Shown here piece by piece: positions 9,475 through 19,757 of a stretch of 63,493 bases of DNA. Each line of letters starts with the position of its first letter. The first letter of the stretch is position 1. The notes under the pieces were generated by a model. That model was not told the DNA's origin, ran no database searches, and worked only from the letters and a program-made list of their open reading frames with translations. The stretch covers positions 1 through 63,493 of the forward strand of contig DAOUVJ010000001.1 of the NCBI GenBank assembly GCA_030667705.1, given 5' to 3'. The position numbers and the translations under genes are program-made. Source of the stretch: Promethearchaeota archaeon (lineage in GTDB: Archaea > Asgardarchaeota > Lokiarchaeia > Sigyniarchaeales > SOKP01).

Positions 9475-11937
9475 TTATAAATGTATCCTAATTGTGATAT
9501 TTTCTTCTTTGAAAAATATATACTCAGGGCCATATTCAAGTAATTCATTTTCTATTAAATCAGTTAATTCAAAATTAAAGAAAATATTTGTTTCTGGTTT
9601 TAATAATCTACAATGATTAACACCCTCAATAGTTTGAACTATATCAATTATTTCAGAACGATATATTGAAATATTAGACCCAAATCTACTTTCAAAAGCT
9701 TCTACTAAAGATGTTCTTATTAAATTACTTAATTCAATATTAGATCCTGAATATGTAGATTCTTTAAAAACTTCTATTTCAAATTCTAATGGGATAGAAT
9801 AATAAGATAATTGTACCCATCCTAAATTTGAATATATATATTTTTCAGATTGACTATCTACATATAATATATCATCAGTGGCTGGAATAGTTTGAGTCCA
9901 AATTGGTGTAGTCGAATCAATACATTCATATATATTATTTTTATAATCTCCTTCTTCAGTAACAATATACCGATCATTAATAGAAGGATTAGTAGGAACA
10001 CTTTCAACTATATCTAAAACAGATTCTCGATTTATAGGATTATATAACATATTTTTACAATATCCAGTAGTATTTGTAAATTTAACATTTGTAAAATCTG
10101 TTAACATTCTGGTATCTGCTAAACTCATTGAAGACATCATAACTTGAAGAACTTGAGATTCAAAAATATTTTGATCTATTTCATCATAATAATCTTTTTG
10201 AACTACAGGAATATCATATATAATAGTACTGGTTGAATCAGAAACAGTATTTGATAACATAAAATCATGAAGACTTTTTCTAAAAATAAATTCTACTGAA
10301 TATTTTCCAGTTTCTAAATCAGATGGATCTGAAATTGTAAAATAATATAATTCATTTTCTTGAGGTAGCAATGTATAAGGATCAAATTCTAATGTAAAAT
10401 CAGATGAGGTAGAATCATTCGTCATTTCATAAACTGAACCTGTGCTTGCTATTTGCATTTCACATGTACATTGATCTGAATCTGATTCTTCTGAGGCATA
10501 ATGTAATGTAAAAATTGCTTTATTATCTTCTTTACTGACTATAAAATTATTGGCAATAATATTATATAAAGAATTATAACTAGTAACTAAAGAAGGAATT
10601 TGTTCTATTTGATACATAATATATTCATAATTTGCAACTGAATTTAATAAATTTATTGTCATGTCAAAAATAGTATAATACACAATATCATCAATTGTAA
10701 TTTCAGTATTTCTGGGAATATAAGTTGTGGCTAAAGGAATAGTTAATTTTGCATTTCTTGTAGGAACTAATTCGTTTCCAAATTCAACTGGCGTATAAAT
10801 TTGAATATCATTTACTTTAACGTCAGATCTTTTAAGAACCGCTATTGAATTTGAAGAAAGTGGTGAATTTGGTATTACAACATTTATATTTTTATAATCA
10901 TCTTCTGTGACTAATCTTTTAAGAGTTGTAATTGAGGCAATCGCATTATTTCTAATTTCTTCAATAGATTCTTCATCTTTTCCATTTATAGCTGGAGAAG
11001 GATTAATTACAGAATAATCTACAATTTGAGTTGCCCCGGCAGAAGTTACAACGTAAATTCTTTCTCCAGAATTTATAGATCCTGCAATGACATTTCCCTC
11101 TACCCCCTTGGTTACATTTATAGTCGCTTTTAAAGTAGAACCCGGGGTTGGTTGAATTCCTATTAATCCATTTCCAAAATATAGTTTTTTTCCTGTATCT
11201 GTTCTCCGAGCAACATATCCTTTTATTGATTCATTTAAAAGATATAAACTCGAATATTCAGTCCAGGTAGTCCACGATGAATCATTTGGTTCTCTAAATT
11301 CAATAGTCATTGAGGATACTTTATCCGCTATAGGAATATCTTTTGTGACAAATTGATATTGTTCAAGATCTGCATCAATTTGAAATTCTTGAATAATTTC
11401 TTTATATTGTCTAAGGGGTAATATAAAATTTACATCAGAAGTACCGGGAGGATTAGTAGATGGCAAATAATATTTTTTATTTCCATCTTCTATAAGAATA
11501 GTTAATGAAGAATTATTTGTAACCGTAATTGTAGTTTTGTAATATGTAATAAATTCAATATTATCTTTTGTTTTAAATTTAAATCCTTCTGGAATTGTAA
11601 AAACTGCAGAAGAATCACTAAAACCAAGAGGCATAGTTATTAATACATTAACGGATGAATAAGATGCTTCGTAAGATTGATATCCTAAAAATGCTGATAG
11701 GTTAAACACGCTTTCCGGAAATTGAGATTTTGTGAGAAAGAATTCATTGTATACTGACGTTTGGTAAAACATTAAATTTCCAGTTAAAGTTGAAATAACA
11801 TTAATTAGGAATGTTAAAAACGATGATTTTGTAAGATCAACTCCTTCAAGTTCAAGATATGATTTAACATAATCGCTTATTTGTTCTCTAATTACATCTC
11901 TTGAAGTATTAATTTGACTGGACATTAAATTAGACAT
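9475..11937 (-). CDS. baseplate wedge protein (baseplate J / T4 gp6-like)
   Basis: 820 aa. The N-terminus (IREQISDYVKSYLELEGVDLTKSSFLTFLINVISTLTGNLMFYQTSVYNEFFLTKSQFPESVFNLSAFLGYQ) has the typical baseplate-J organisation. The gene lies downstream of the gp25-like gene. Confidence 0.6.
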   Translation of the reverse strand: MSNLMSSQINTSRDVIREQISDYVKSYLELEGVDLTKSSFLTFLINVISTLTGNLMFYQTSVYNEFFLTKSQFPESVFNLSAFLGYQSYEASYSSVNVLITMPLGFSDSSAVFTIPEGFKFKTKDNIEFITYYKTTITVTNNSSLTILIEDGNKKYYLPSTNPPGTSDVNFILPLRQYKEIIQEFQIDADLEQYQFVTKDIPIADKVSSMTIEFREPNDSSWTTWTEYSSLYLLNESIKGYVARRTDTGKKLYFGNGLIGIQPTPGSTLKATINVTKGVEGNVIAGSINSGERIYVVTSAGATQIVDYSVINPSPAINGKDEESIEEIRNNAIASITTLKRLVTEDDYKNINVVIPNSPLSSNSIAVLKRSDVKVNDIQIYTPVEFGNELVPTRNAKLTIPLATTYIPRNTEITIDDIVYYTIFDMTINLLNSVANYEYIMYQIEQIPSLVTSYNSLYNIIANNFIVSKEDNKAIFTLHYASEESDSDQCTCEMQIASTGSVYEMTNDSTSSDFTLEFDPYTLLPQENELYYFTISDPSDLETGKYSVEFIFRKSLHDFMLSNTVSDSTSTIIYDIPVVQKDYYDEIDQNIFESQVLQVMMSSMSLADTRMLTDFTNVKFTNTTGYCKNMLYNPINRESVLDIVESVPTNPSINDRYIVTEEGDYKNNIYECIDSTTPIWTQTIPATDDILYVDSQSEKYIYSNLGWVQLSYYSIPLEFEIEVFKESTYSGSNIELSNLIRTSLVEAFESRFGSNISIYRSEIIDIVQTIEGVNHCRLLKPETNIFFNFELTDLIENELLEYGPEYIFFKEENITIRIHL

Positions 11938-11968
11938 AATATTTAAATTTCTCCATATTTCTATTTAA

Positions 11969-12004
11969 AAATTTTAAACTACCACAATCCCAAATTCTAA
12001 AATA
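11969..12004 (-). pseudogene. 12-codon footprint of a Hef-like homing endonuclease 3' end
   Basis: The minus strand reads YFRIWDCGSLKF, with a stop just upstream. The 30-mer aaattttaaactaccacaatcccaaattct lies at 11969-11998. Confidence 0.6.
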
Positions 12005-12022
12005 TCATTTTTTAGTTTCTTT

Positions 12023-12670
12023 TTATTTTAAATAAAATCCAGAATTCTCATTAAATAACCCTTTTAAATTACTCCTGAGTTCTTCATTTTTACTAAGAAT
12101 TTTTGTCAGAAATTGGGAATCTTCAAGGGTATGAATAGTTTTATCATAATCGAAAAATACATATGTATTTTCTACTTGATCATCAAAACTTTCTTTATTC
12201 TCACTTTGAAAATTTTTGATATTAAGTTTCCAATATCTATGATCTGTATTGGCTGAAATTTCTATTCCTTCAACCATAAACATTGGATATACGTTATTAG
12301 TTGCTCTTAAATAAGATTGATCCAATTTGAGAGCATCTCCTGGGTATGGAGTAATTCCATAACTGCTGGGTATTACTATAGAAGTTTCATTTTCTTTATG
12401 ATATCCAGTTTCTTGCCCGTCAAAAGATGTTGAAATTATTTCAGGAAAATAAACCGGTAATAGAAGAATCTTATTTCTTTTTATTCCACTTAAATCTCCA
12501 ACTTTCTCATATGCTCCACCAAAAATATCTTCATTTTCCCATACGGTTTCTTCTACATTTAAATTATAATAGGTTACTAAATAAGCAACTCCACTTTTGG
12601 AATATACATCATATACTAATTTTTGATATTCCTGAATATAATCATAAGTTCTTGAAAATTTTTGCATCAT
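12023..12670 (-). CDS. baseplate-module structural protein (function unassigned)
   Basis: 215-aa ORF immediately upstream of the gp6-like gene. It overlaps the preceding gene by 4 nt (ATGA). Confidence 0.5.
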   Translation of the reverse strand: MMQKFSRTYDYIQEYQKLVYDVYSKSGVAYLVTYYNLNVEETVWENEDIFGGAYEKVGDLSGIKRNKILLLPVYFPEIISTSFDGQETGYHKENETSIVIPSSYGITPYPGDALKLDQSYLRATNNVYPMFMVEGIEISANTDHRYWKLNIKNFQSENKESFDDQVENTYVFFDYDKTIHTLEDSQFLTKILSKNEELRSNLKGLFNENSGFYLK

Positions 12671-13617
12671 ATTTTTCCTTGAGATCTTGCTTTTCTTTCC
12701 TTATAAGAATGCATAATTTCTTCTTTTGCTAATTTCTTTCTATAAACCATTAACATTTTGAATAACTTCTTTTTACATTTAATAGGCTTTTTAGTTCCAT
12801 TACATTTACTCAATTCTCTTTCAATAAAAGCAACTGACCATTTCGTAGCTTCATATTTACATTTTGAATAACATAGATTTTTATTTACAATATTCGTAGA
12901 TTTCTCACATCGACTTCTACATTTATAAATGTTTATATCAGAAATTTTCTTTATAGCCAAACTTAACCCAGGTATAGGAATTGTCAAACTTGATATAGCT
13001 AAACCCGTATTTACAATTTTTTGAAGTTTAGGATTTGTTTTTGTAGGAGTCTCATTTTCTTTTAACTTAAATTGTTTTGACAATTTGGCAGCATGTATCC
13101 GCTGTTTAAAATCAAGATCTAACTCAGATTTAACTAATTTCACTTTCCAAATTTTTAAAAGTTTAAAAATTTTAGTTCTACATTTTAATGGTTTTTTGCT
13201 ATATCTACATTTTTTAAGTTCACGTTCAAGAAAATCAACACAAAATTTTACAGAAGCATATTCACATTCTCTATAACATAATTGTTGATCCTTTTTGACA
13301 GTTTTAATATTTTTTAAACATTCATATCTACACTTATAATTCTGTGCATTTTTAATAGTTAAAACTATCTCTGTTAAACCGGGAATTGGTGTAACAAAAA
13401 TTGCACTCATTAATCCAACTCTAATCCACCAATCTGTCTTTTTTGAGGGATCCTTATAGGGCACTTTAATATTTGAAAAATCCTCATCGATTGACTTTTC
13501 AGATAAATTAGAAAAATAATTATACATTTTTAAATGTTCTCTAAATGACAGTCTTTTTCTAATCAAAGGAGAAGTTGATATAATTTCTAATATAAATTTA
13601 TGATTAGTTTTTATCAT
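12667..13617 (-). CDS. membrane-anchored twin-CX3C cysteine-motif protein (two modules)
   Basis: 316 aa with an internal duplication. Each half has a hydrophobic IPIPGL segment followed by C-x3-C-x11-13-C-x3-C and then KC-x8-C plus a Lys-rich helix. Confidence 0.55.
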   Translation of the reverse strand: MIKTNHKFILEIISTSPLIRKRLSFREHLKMYNYFSNLSEKSIDEDFSNIKVPYKDPSKKTDWWIRVGLMSAIFVTPIPGLTEIVLTIKNAQNYKCRYECLKNIKTVKKDQQLCYRECEYASVKFCVDFLERELKKCRYSKKPLKCRTKIFKLLKIWKVKLVKSELDLDFKQRIHAAKLSKQFKLKENETPTKTNPKLQKIVNTGLAISSLTIPIPGLSLAIKKISDINIYKCRSRCEKSTNIVNKNLCYSKCKYEATKWSVAFIERELSKCNGTKKPIKCKKKLFKMLMVYRKKLAKEEIMHSYKERKARSQGKI

Positions 13618-13628
13618 ATTTTTCCCCT

Positions 13629-14276
13629 TTAATTCTTTCTCTTTAGCTTTAACTCTTTCTTTCTGTCTTTTTCCTTTTGCTGTCTTTCTTTTTCATCATA
13701 TTTTGCTTTTACTTCTCTCATTTTAATTATTTCTTTTTGTAGTTTTTTAGCCCATTTAATATGTTGACCTCTTAAACTTTTTTCACATTTCAAAGGGTCA
13801 GGAACCATTCTACATTTTGAAATTTCTGCTCGAATATCACTAACTATATTTTTAGCAGCATTTACTTGACATTCTGCAACACAAAGTCTTTTGCGGCCGG
13901 GTGAGAATTTTTTAACACATGCTTGCCAACATGGGTCAGTAAATTTTCTAAAAAGATAATATAATACAGCAGAAAGAATTATAGTTGGGGTGGTTGGAAC
14001 CCCAAGAGATAAAACAGTTCCCCCTGCAATAGCTGAAAATGAATACTTAATAAACTTTTTAAACTTTCCTTCAAAATCTCGGATTCCTAATTCATTTAGA
14101 ATTTTACCCTCATTAAAAACATAAGAAATACTTTCTTCATATGTCATTTTGGTTATTCTTTTACATATATTCACATGTTGTTTAAATGAAACATTTTCTT
14201 TTAAAACATTACTATCAACAGCTAAATCTAATAAAGCATGTTTACACGATTGTTCTAATAATTTTTTATCAAGCAT
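13629..14276 (-). CDS. membrane-anchored twin-CX3C cysteine-motif protein (one module)
   Basis: 215 aa. A hydrophobic segment is followed by CWQAC-x11-CVAEC...KCRMVPDPLKC and a Lys-rich tail. It is a paralog of the adjacent 316-aa protein. Confidence 0.55.
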   Translation of the reverse strand: MLDKKLLEQSCKHALLDLAVDSNVLKENVSFKQHVNICKRITKMTYEESISYVFNEGKILNELGIRDFEGKFKKFIKYSFSAIAGGTVLSLGVPTTPTIILSAVLYYLFRKFTDPCWQACVKKFSPGRKRLCVAECQVNAAKNIVSDIRAEISKCRMVPDPLKCEKSLRGQHIKWAKKLQKEIIKMREVKAKYDEKERQQKEKDRKKELKLKRKN

Positions 14277-14297
14277 TTTTAAATACTCCTAAATATA

Positions 14298-14738
14298 TTA
14301 ACCTGTGAATTTAAAATATTTCGACTCATCAATTATAACCTGTAATTGATCTGTTTGTCCTTTATATTTAACTTGAATATCTATTGAAAAACCTTTTCTA
14401 TTATCCAAAAAACCAATTTGAATATTTGTTGGGGTTGCTCTATCATCATATTTTATAAGTTTTAACATAATTTCATTTTTTATTTTTTCTTTAGTTATTT
14501 CATCTGCTTGCTCAAATATCATTTTATATAAATCACAACCATATTCTGGATCATGATCATAACTTCTTGTTGGAGTCAATAAAATATTATTCCAAGAAAG
14601 AACAATAGTTTCAAAATCAATAACTTGTTTAAAATCACCGGAGGAAGAAATATTCGGAGTAAAATCAGAAATACTACCCCTTGATCCTATTACATTTTTT
14701 TTAAATCTATCAAATAAATTAGCCAAATTAACCCCCAT
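14298..14738 (-). CDS. baseplate wedge protein, GPW/gp25 family
   Basis: 146 aa. ILLTPTRSYDHDPEYGCDLYKMIFEQADEIT...IKNEIMLKLIKYDDR matches the gp25/TssE-type signature (T..G.R...P.yG..l..l.fe). Confidence 0.7.
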   Translation of the reverse strand: MGVNLANLFDRFKKNVIGSRGSISDFTPNISSSGDFKQVIDFETIVLSWNNILLTPTRSYDHDPEYGCDLYKMIFEQADEITKEKIKNEIMLKLIKYDDRATPTNIQIGFLDNRKGFSIDIQVKYKGQTDQLQVIIDESKYFKFTG

Positions 14739-14743
14739 AAAGA

Positions 14744-14784
14744 ATGCTAATCATTTTAAACCCAACATAAAAAATGATTAGCAT
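14744..14784 (-). terminator. intergenic stem-loop (terminator or processing site)
   Basis: Perfect 14-bp stem atgctaatcatttt (14744-14757) / aaaatgattagcat (14771-14784) with a 13-nt loop. It ends 5 nt before the gp25-like start codon. Confidence 0.4.
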
Positions 14785-14788
14785 AATA

Positions 14789-14920
14789 TTAAGATCCCGA
14801 CTCTTCTTTCATAATTTTTGCTCTTTCCTCTTCAAGAGAGGATTTCCATTTCAAATAATTATAAAACTTTAATACAGGCATATTAACCGCATCAATATAT
14901 GATTGTTTACTAAGTTCCAT
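14789..14920 (-). CDS. possible 43-aa micro-ORF
   Basis: MELSKQSYIDAVNMPVLKFYNYLKWKSSLEEERAKIMKEESGS. It fills an otherwise empty 230-nt gap. No clear SD. Confidence 0.2.
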   Translation of the reverse strand: MELSKQSYIDAVNMPVLKFYNYLKWKSSLEEERAKIMKEESGS

Positions 14921-14969
14921 ACAAGAAAAAATGTTTTCTGATAATATTTTTTTATACTCAGTTATTTTA

Positions 14970-15761
14970 TCATGACGAGTAGACGCTACGAAAAAAGTTT
15001 TCTACTAAATCAATAGTAGCCACCTCCTCATTCCCACAAGTTGGGCAAAAAGTTTTCATCTTTAATTCAACCCCATATTTTCCAAAATTTTCTGAATATT
15101 TATCATGAATAATTCTTTTATCTCTGGCAGGTAAAGATAAATAAGCATCCATTATATCAACTTTGTCTGAATATACAATTGGGGTTTTACTTTTTGTAAC
15201 ATCTTGCTCAAACTTTTCAATAATAAGAGTTTCTATAATTAAATCAATGGAAGAACCTGGTCTATTTGATAATTCTTTTAAAGCGGCAGTTTCATCAAAT
15301 AAAGAAGGTTGTTTAATTATTGCAACGACTCCCTTACTTATTGGAAGATTAACTTTAATTCTTTGTGATAAAACGTTGTCATGAGGATATTCACTATAAT
15401 TAAAAGTACTCGAAGCTTTAATTGTAACCGGATATTCTTTCTTACAACTGGAGCAAGTAATCTCATAATTACGAATCTCTTCATAAGTAATATGGAATAA
15501 GCCGAAAAGTAGGGAATCTCTATCTTTCAAAGTCAACAATCTCAGAAAATCATTAAAATCTTTAATCTCATCTGGTTTCTTAGCTATTGAATCATAAATA
15601 CATTTATTTAGATGATCAGTAATTTTAGCTGGAGTAATAAAACTCCCTTTCATTCTTTCCTCTTCTTGTACATTCAAAGATCTCATATTAAAATGAAATT
15701 TTGTATGAGGACAAATTACCTCATATTCTGGTAACTTCACATCAAATCCTGTAAACGGCAT
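14970..15761 (-). CDS. baseplate hub-associated protein (T4 gp26-like, tentative) with Zn-ribbon cysteines
   Basis: 263 aa with CSSC...CPTC pairs. An N-terminal F.F.MRSLNVQEEERM segment resembles gp26-type proteins from memory. The gene lies upstream of gp25. Confidence 0.35.
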   Translation of the reverse strand: MPFTGFDVKLPEYEVICPHTKFHFNMRSLNVQEEERMKGSFITPAKITDHLNKCIYDSIAKKPDEIKDFNDFLRLLTLKDRDSLLFGLFHITYEEIRNYEITCSSCKKEYPVTIKASSTFNYSEYPHDNVLSQRIKVNLPISKGVVAIIKQPSLFDETAALKELSNRPGSSIDLIIETLIIEKFEQDVTKSKTPIVYSDKVDIMDAYLSLPARDKRIIHDKYSENFGKYGVELKMKTFCPTCGNEEVATIDLVENFFRSVYSS

Positions 15762-15775
15762 AGTTCATTCTCCTT

Positions 15776-17587
15776 TCAATTATTAACCATTTTAAATTTT
15801 AAACTTCCACAATCCCAAATTCTTGCATAATCTTCTTTATATTTTAAATTCAATCTGTGAATTCTTTTGAAACTTTTTATATACCAATAGTCAGGTTTTA
15901 TAATTTGTTCTAATTCAAAACCTAATTGATAATACAAACTTCCTTGAGACCATCTTTTATCCGCATAGGAAAAGATTTTTTCCCATTTATAATTTTTCTT
16001 GAAATAATTTAATAGTTTTCCAGCAATTCCCGGAACATGGAAATTTGAATTTGAACAAAATCTATTCAATGACCAAACTTTTTCCTTATTTTTAAAAGTC
16101 ATAACTGAAATTAATTTATTGTTATAGAAAGCTCCAAGTTTAATATTAGAATTATCATATCCTTGAATGTGATAATTATCTAAGAATTTATTTTTTACTT
16201 TTGAATTTATTTCTTTAATTTTACATTCTTCTTTGTGAATTCTTGTGCCCTTATTAATATTCAAAATATGTCTAATAAGAGATTTAACAATATCTTGTTT
16301 AAATACCCACTCATCCTCAAAAATATGAATTAGTTGAATTCCTAATTTTTTGCATAAATTAGTTTTATGTAAATGATAATTTGAAACTTTAAAATTATCT
16401 AATTTACGAGATTCCTTTAAAACTTTTTCAGAATGCCAATACAATCCATTAAATTCAAAAGCTATTTTTTTATCCGGAATAAATATATCAAGTTCAAGAG
16501 GATATAATAAAGATCTATTATTCACAATTATTTTATTTTTAATTTCATCTTTTATAAAATCAGATAATTCTTTTTCTTTTGAAGAAGATCTATAATTTAT
16601 TGGCGGTCTGCATTTTGGGCAAGTAAAACCCTGTTGAATTAAATTCCAAATTTGAATAAAATGATTTCCACATTTTATGCATTTCCAATTATGTTTATGA
16701 TAACAATTCTTATATTGTTTATCAAGAAGTTCTACATTAAATGAACTTAAAATCTTTTCTAAATATTTAGTAAAAACTTTTAACTTTGTTTCTTTAATTT
16801 TGTTTTTAATTATATCACATTGAGAAGGAATTTTAGTCCCATATTTATTTAAATTAGTCTTAACAATTTTGTCTTTTATTTTTTTAGTTTTAGAAGGATT
16901 GTCAACACCATAAATTTTCACCCAAGCTTTCTTTTTATTTTCCTTAACTATATCTGAACTATTTGGACTTTCAAATCCATATTTTTTTAATGAAGTTATT
17001 TTGCCTTTTTCTCTTACTTCTTTAGATGATAATGAAGATTTCCCTCCATATTTTTCTAAATTAGTCTTTATAACATTGTTTCTAATAATTTGGGATTTCA
17101 TTGGATGAACTTCACCCCAATTTTTTAAAGATGTTTCTCTATATTTATTTTGAATAGTCTTAAGTTGTTCAGGTTTTCCATTAAAATTTTTTCTATATGT
17201 TTCACTTTTTTTCTTTTTAACAATATCAGATTTACTAGCATTGTCTACACCTAACTTTATTATACATGATTCTTTGCATTTCTCTTTCACACTGTCAGCT
17301 TGAAAAACAAATCTCGTTCCATATTTTTCTAAAGATTTTTCTTCCTTTTTCTTTTTAACAAGATTGGATTTACTAACACAACCCGGACCGCAGTATTTAG
17401 AATAACCAGTTTTTAAACCCCTATAACTGGTTATTCTAATGCAGTTTTCATTTTGACAAATTCCTTCATTTGAATCTTTTTTAAGGAACTTATCAAAATA
17501 TTCTTTGGTAGTAAAGTTATGAGTTTTAAGATGTAGAGCAAGTTTTAAAGTATTTGAAAATTCACATTTGCATATTTCACATATCAT
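15776..17587 (-). CDS. free-standing homing endonuclease, Hef-like (paralog 2)
   Basis: 603 aa with the same architecture as 6580-8349: MICEICKCEFSNTLKLALHLKTH, repeats, WKCIKC...CPKC, LELDIFIPDKKIAFEFNGLYWHSE, ...RIWDCGSLKF. Confidence 0.65.
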   Translation of the reverse strand: MICEICKCEFSNTLKLALHLKTHNFTTKEYFDKFLKKDSNEGICQNENCIRITSYRGLKTGYSKYCGPGCVSKSNLVKKKKEEKSLEKYGTRFVFQADSVKEKCKESCIIKLGVDNASKSDIVKKKKSETYRKNFNGKPEQLKTIQNKYRETSLKNWGEVHPMKSQIIRNNVIKTNLEKYGGKSSLSSKEVREKGKITSLKKYGFESPNSSDIVKENKKKAWVKIYGVDNPSKTKKIKDKIVKTNLNKYGTKIPSQCDIIKNKIKETKLKVFTKYLEKILSSFNVELLDKQYKNCYHKHNWKCIKCGNHFIQIWNLIQQGFTCPKCRPPINYRSSSKEKELSDFIKDEIKNKIIVNNRSLLYPLELDIFIPDKKIAFEFNGLYWHSEKVLKESRKLDNFKVSNYHLHKTNLCKKLGIQLIHIFEDEWVFKQDIVKSLIRHILNINKGTRIHKEECKIKEINSKVKNKFLDNYHIQGYDNSNIKLGAFYNNKLISVMTFKNKEKVWSLNRFCSNSNFHVPGIAGKLLNYFKKNYKWEKIFSYADKRWSQGSLYYQLGFELEQIIKPDYWYIKSFKRIHRLNLKYKEDYARIWDCGSLKFKMVNN

Positions 17588-17596
17588 TTTAAATCC

Positions 17597-18028
17597 TTAT
17601 TTTAGTTTCGATAATTTTTCTTCATACTTTTTTAATTTTTTAACTCCAGCAGCAATAAATATATCAAATCGTTTTATACAGTCTTGTTTTTTTGGATTTT
17701 TATCAGTACATTTGTCTGCTTTATTTTTCTTAAGGGTAGTAATATACTCTTTAAGATTACCAAGGCGCGCAGCATATCTTTTTTTCTTGTTGAGTGCAAA
17801 TGCGCCTTTTACGTCTCCTTCATCGATTTTAGTAGTAAATCGATCTTTAACAATTTCCTCTGCCTGTTCATCTAATTTGACAATACGCCCATCTAAAATA
17901 AGAGCCATCAATTGAGATTCAGACGCCTCATGTTGAATAAATTGAAGCATTTGAAGTTTTGCTGGTTTTGTCATTTTAGAATCAACAATTATTTGACCTG
18001 TTTGTAATTGTAAATCTTTTTTATCCAT
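17597..18028 (-). CDS. hypothetical protein with C-terminal KC-x9-C / Lys-rich helix
   Basis: 143-aa ORF sandwiched between two homing endonuclease genes. Its C-terminus (ADKCTDKNPKKQDCIKRF...KKLKKYEEKL) resembles the last motif of the twin-CX3C proteins. Confidence 0.45.
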   Translation of the reverse strand: MDKKDLQLQTGQIIVDSKMTKPAKLQMLQFIQHEASESQLMALILDGRIVKLDEQAEEIVKDRFTTKIDEGDVKGAFALNKKKRYAARLGNLKEYITTLKKNKADKCTDKNPKKQDCIKRFDIFIAAGVKKLKKYEEKLSKLK

Positions 18029-18053
18029 TTTTAATTTCTCCTATTTGTTTTTA

Positions 18054-19700
18054 TTAAAATATAACATTATTCTTTAAAGCATTAAATTTTAAACTTCCAC
18101 AATCCCAAATTTTAAGATATCCTTCTTGAGCCCTTAAAATCCATTCTGGAATATCTTTTGGTTCATCTTTAGTTTTTCTTAATCCGAATCTATGAATTCT
18201 ACTATAATCTTTTAAGTACCAATAATTAGGATTAGTAATATGTTCTAATTCAAATCCTAATATGGTATAAAGATTTCCTTGACTCCATCTTCTATCTGAA
18301 TATGAAAAGATTTCTTTCCATTCAAAATTCTTCTTGAAATAACTTAATAGTTTTCCAGCAATTCCTGGAATATGATAATCTGAATTTGAACAAAATCTAT
18401 TTAGTTCCCAAACTTTATCTTGGGATCTGGATCCTTTTGAAATATTTCCTTTTCCAAAAGTCATAACTGAAATTAATTTCTCATTATAAAAAGCTCCAAG
18501 TTTAATTTTAGAAGCATCTTTTCCTTGAATATGATATGTTTCTAAAAACTCATTTTTAACTTTTGGATCTATTTCTTTTATTATACATTTTCTTGCATGA
18601 ATTCTTTTATTATCATTAATATTCAAAATTTGTTTAATACGGGATTTAACTATATCTTGTTTAAACATCCATTCATCTTCAAAAATATGAATTAATTGGA
18701 TTCCTAATTTTTCACATTCAATTGTTTTATTTAAATGATAGTTTGGAGATTGTTCTGAATGCCAATAAAATCCATCATATTCAATTGCTATTTGTTTGGA
18801 TGGAATATAAATATCAATTTCCCAATTTCTATTTGTTTTTGGATTTTTAATTAAATTCCAACAATTATGTTCAACTTTATCAGACCCAATTAAATCACAA
18901 ATAAAATTATAAATCTCTTGTTCTGCAATTGAAGTTCCCATCAGTCTGGGGAAACATTTTGGACATTGATATCCTTGTTGAACACTATTATACAAATGCA
19001 CAAAAATTGTATTACAAATTTTACATTTGAATTTATAATCTATATGAGCATGCTCATATTTATTTAAAAGTATCAGATTTCTGTCTTCAAGAAATTTTTC
19101 TAATTTAAGAAAAAAGTTTTTCATATATGTATGTTTACTTTTAAGTTTAAACTTTTCAACTTTCATTGGGCTATCAACACCATATTTTTGAATGTATGTG
19201 TTTTTTAGCTTTTGTTTAATATCAGGATCATACATTGGGTGACCACCAAACTTCTCATCAAATGTCTTTTGTCTTTTTTCTTTAACCCAATCTAAACCAT
19301 AAAAGTTGTCTGTATTATATTTCTCTTTTAATGAAACTAATAATGTATCATAATGAGCAGCTTTTAAACTTCCATAATTTTTAATAGCAGTTTTCTTTTT
19401 CTTTTCTTTAACCCAATCTAATTTTGAAATATTATCAACATTATATTTTTTCTTCATAGATTCTTTTAAAACTTTATTTGTTTCTTGTGGGGTTGGACAA
19501 GGGTCATGACAATATTTTCTAAAACCTTCTTTCATATTCATATAAGTAGTTTTAGAACCACATTCTTTACATAACCCTTCTCCAGGTAATTTTATATATT
19601 TTGAATAATATTCTTGATGAGTAATTTTATGAATCTTAATATGTTTTGATAAACTATTCAAATTTTTTAATTCTTTTTCACAAATTTCACATTTAATCAT
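18054..19700 (-). CDS. free-standing homing endonuclease, Hef-like (paralog 3)
   Basis: 548 aa: MIKCEICEKELKNLNSLSKHIKIH, repeats, FKCKIC...CPKC, WEIDIYIPSKQIAIEYDGFYWHSE, ...KIWDCGSLKF. Confidence 0.65.
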   Translation of the reverse strand: MIKCEICEKELKNLNSLSKHIKIHKITHQEYYSKYIKLPGEGLCKECGSKTTYMNMKEGFRKYCHDPCPTPQETNKVLKESMKKKYNVDNISKLDWVKEKKKKTAIKNYGSLKAAHYDTLLVSLKEKYNTDNFYGLDWVKEKRQKTFDEKFGGHPMYDPDIKQKLKNTYIQKYGVDSPMKVEKFKLKSKHTYMKNFFLKLEKFLEDRNLILLNKYEHAHIDYKFKCKICNTIFVHLYNSVQQGYQCPKCFPRLMGTSIAEQEIYNFICDLIGSDKVEHNCWNLIKNPKTNRNWEIDIYIPSKQIAIEYDGFYWHSEQSPNYHLNKTIECEKLGIQLIHIFEDEWMFKQDIVKSRIKQILNINDNKRIHARKCIIKEIDPKVKNEFLETYHIQGKDASKIKLGAFYNEKLISVMTFGKGNISKGSRSQDKVWELNRFCSNSDYHIPGIAGKLLSYFKKNFEWKEIFSYSDRRWSQGNLYTILGFELEHITNPNYWYLKDYSRIHRFGLRKTKDEPKDIPEWILRAQEGYLKIWDCGSLKFNALKNNVIF

Positions 19701-19757
19701 TTAAATTCCTTTCATTTTATCTTGCTTATAAAATTCTAACTATGAGAAATTCACTTT

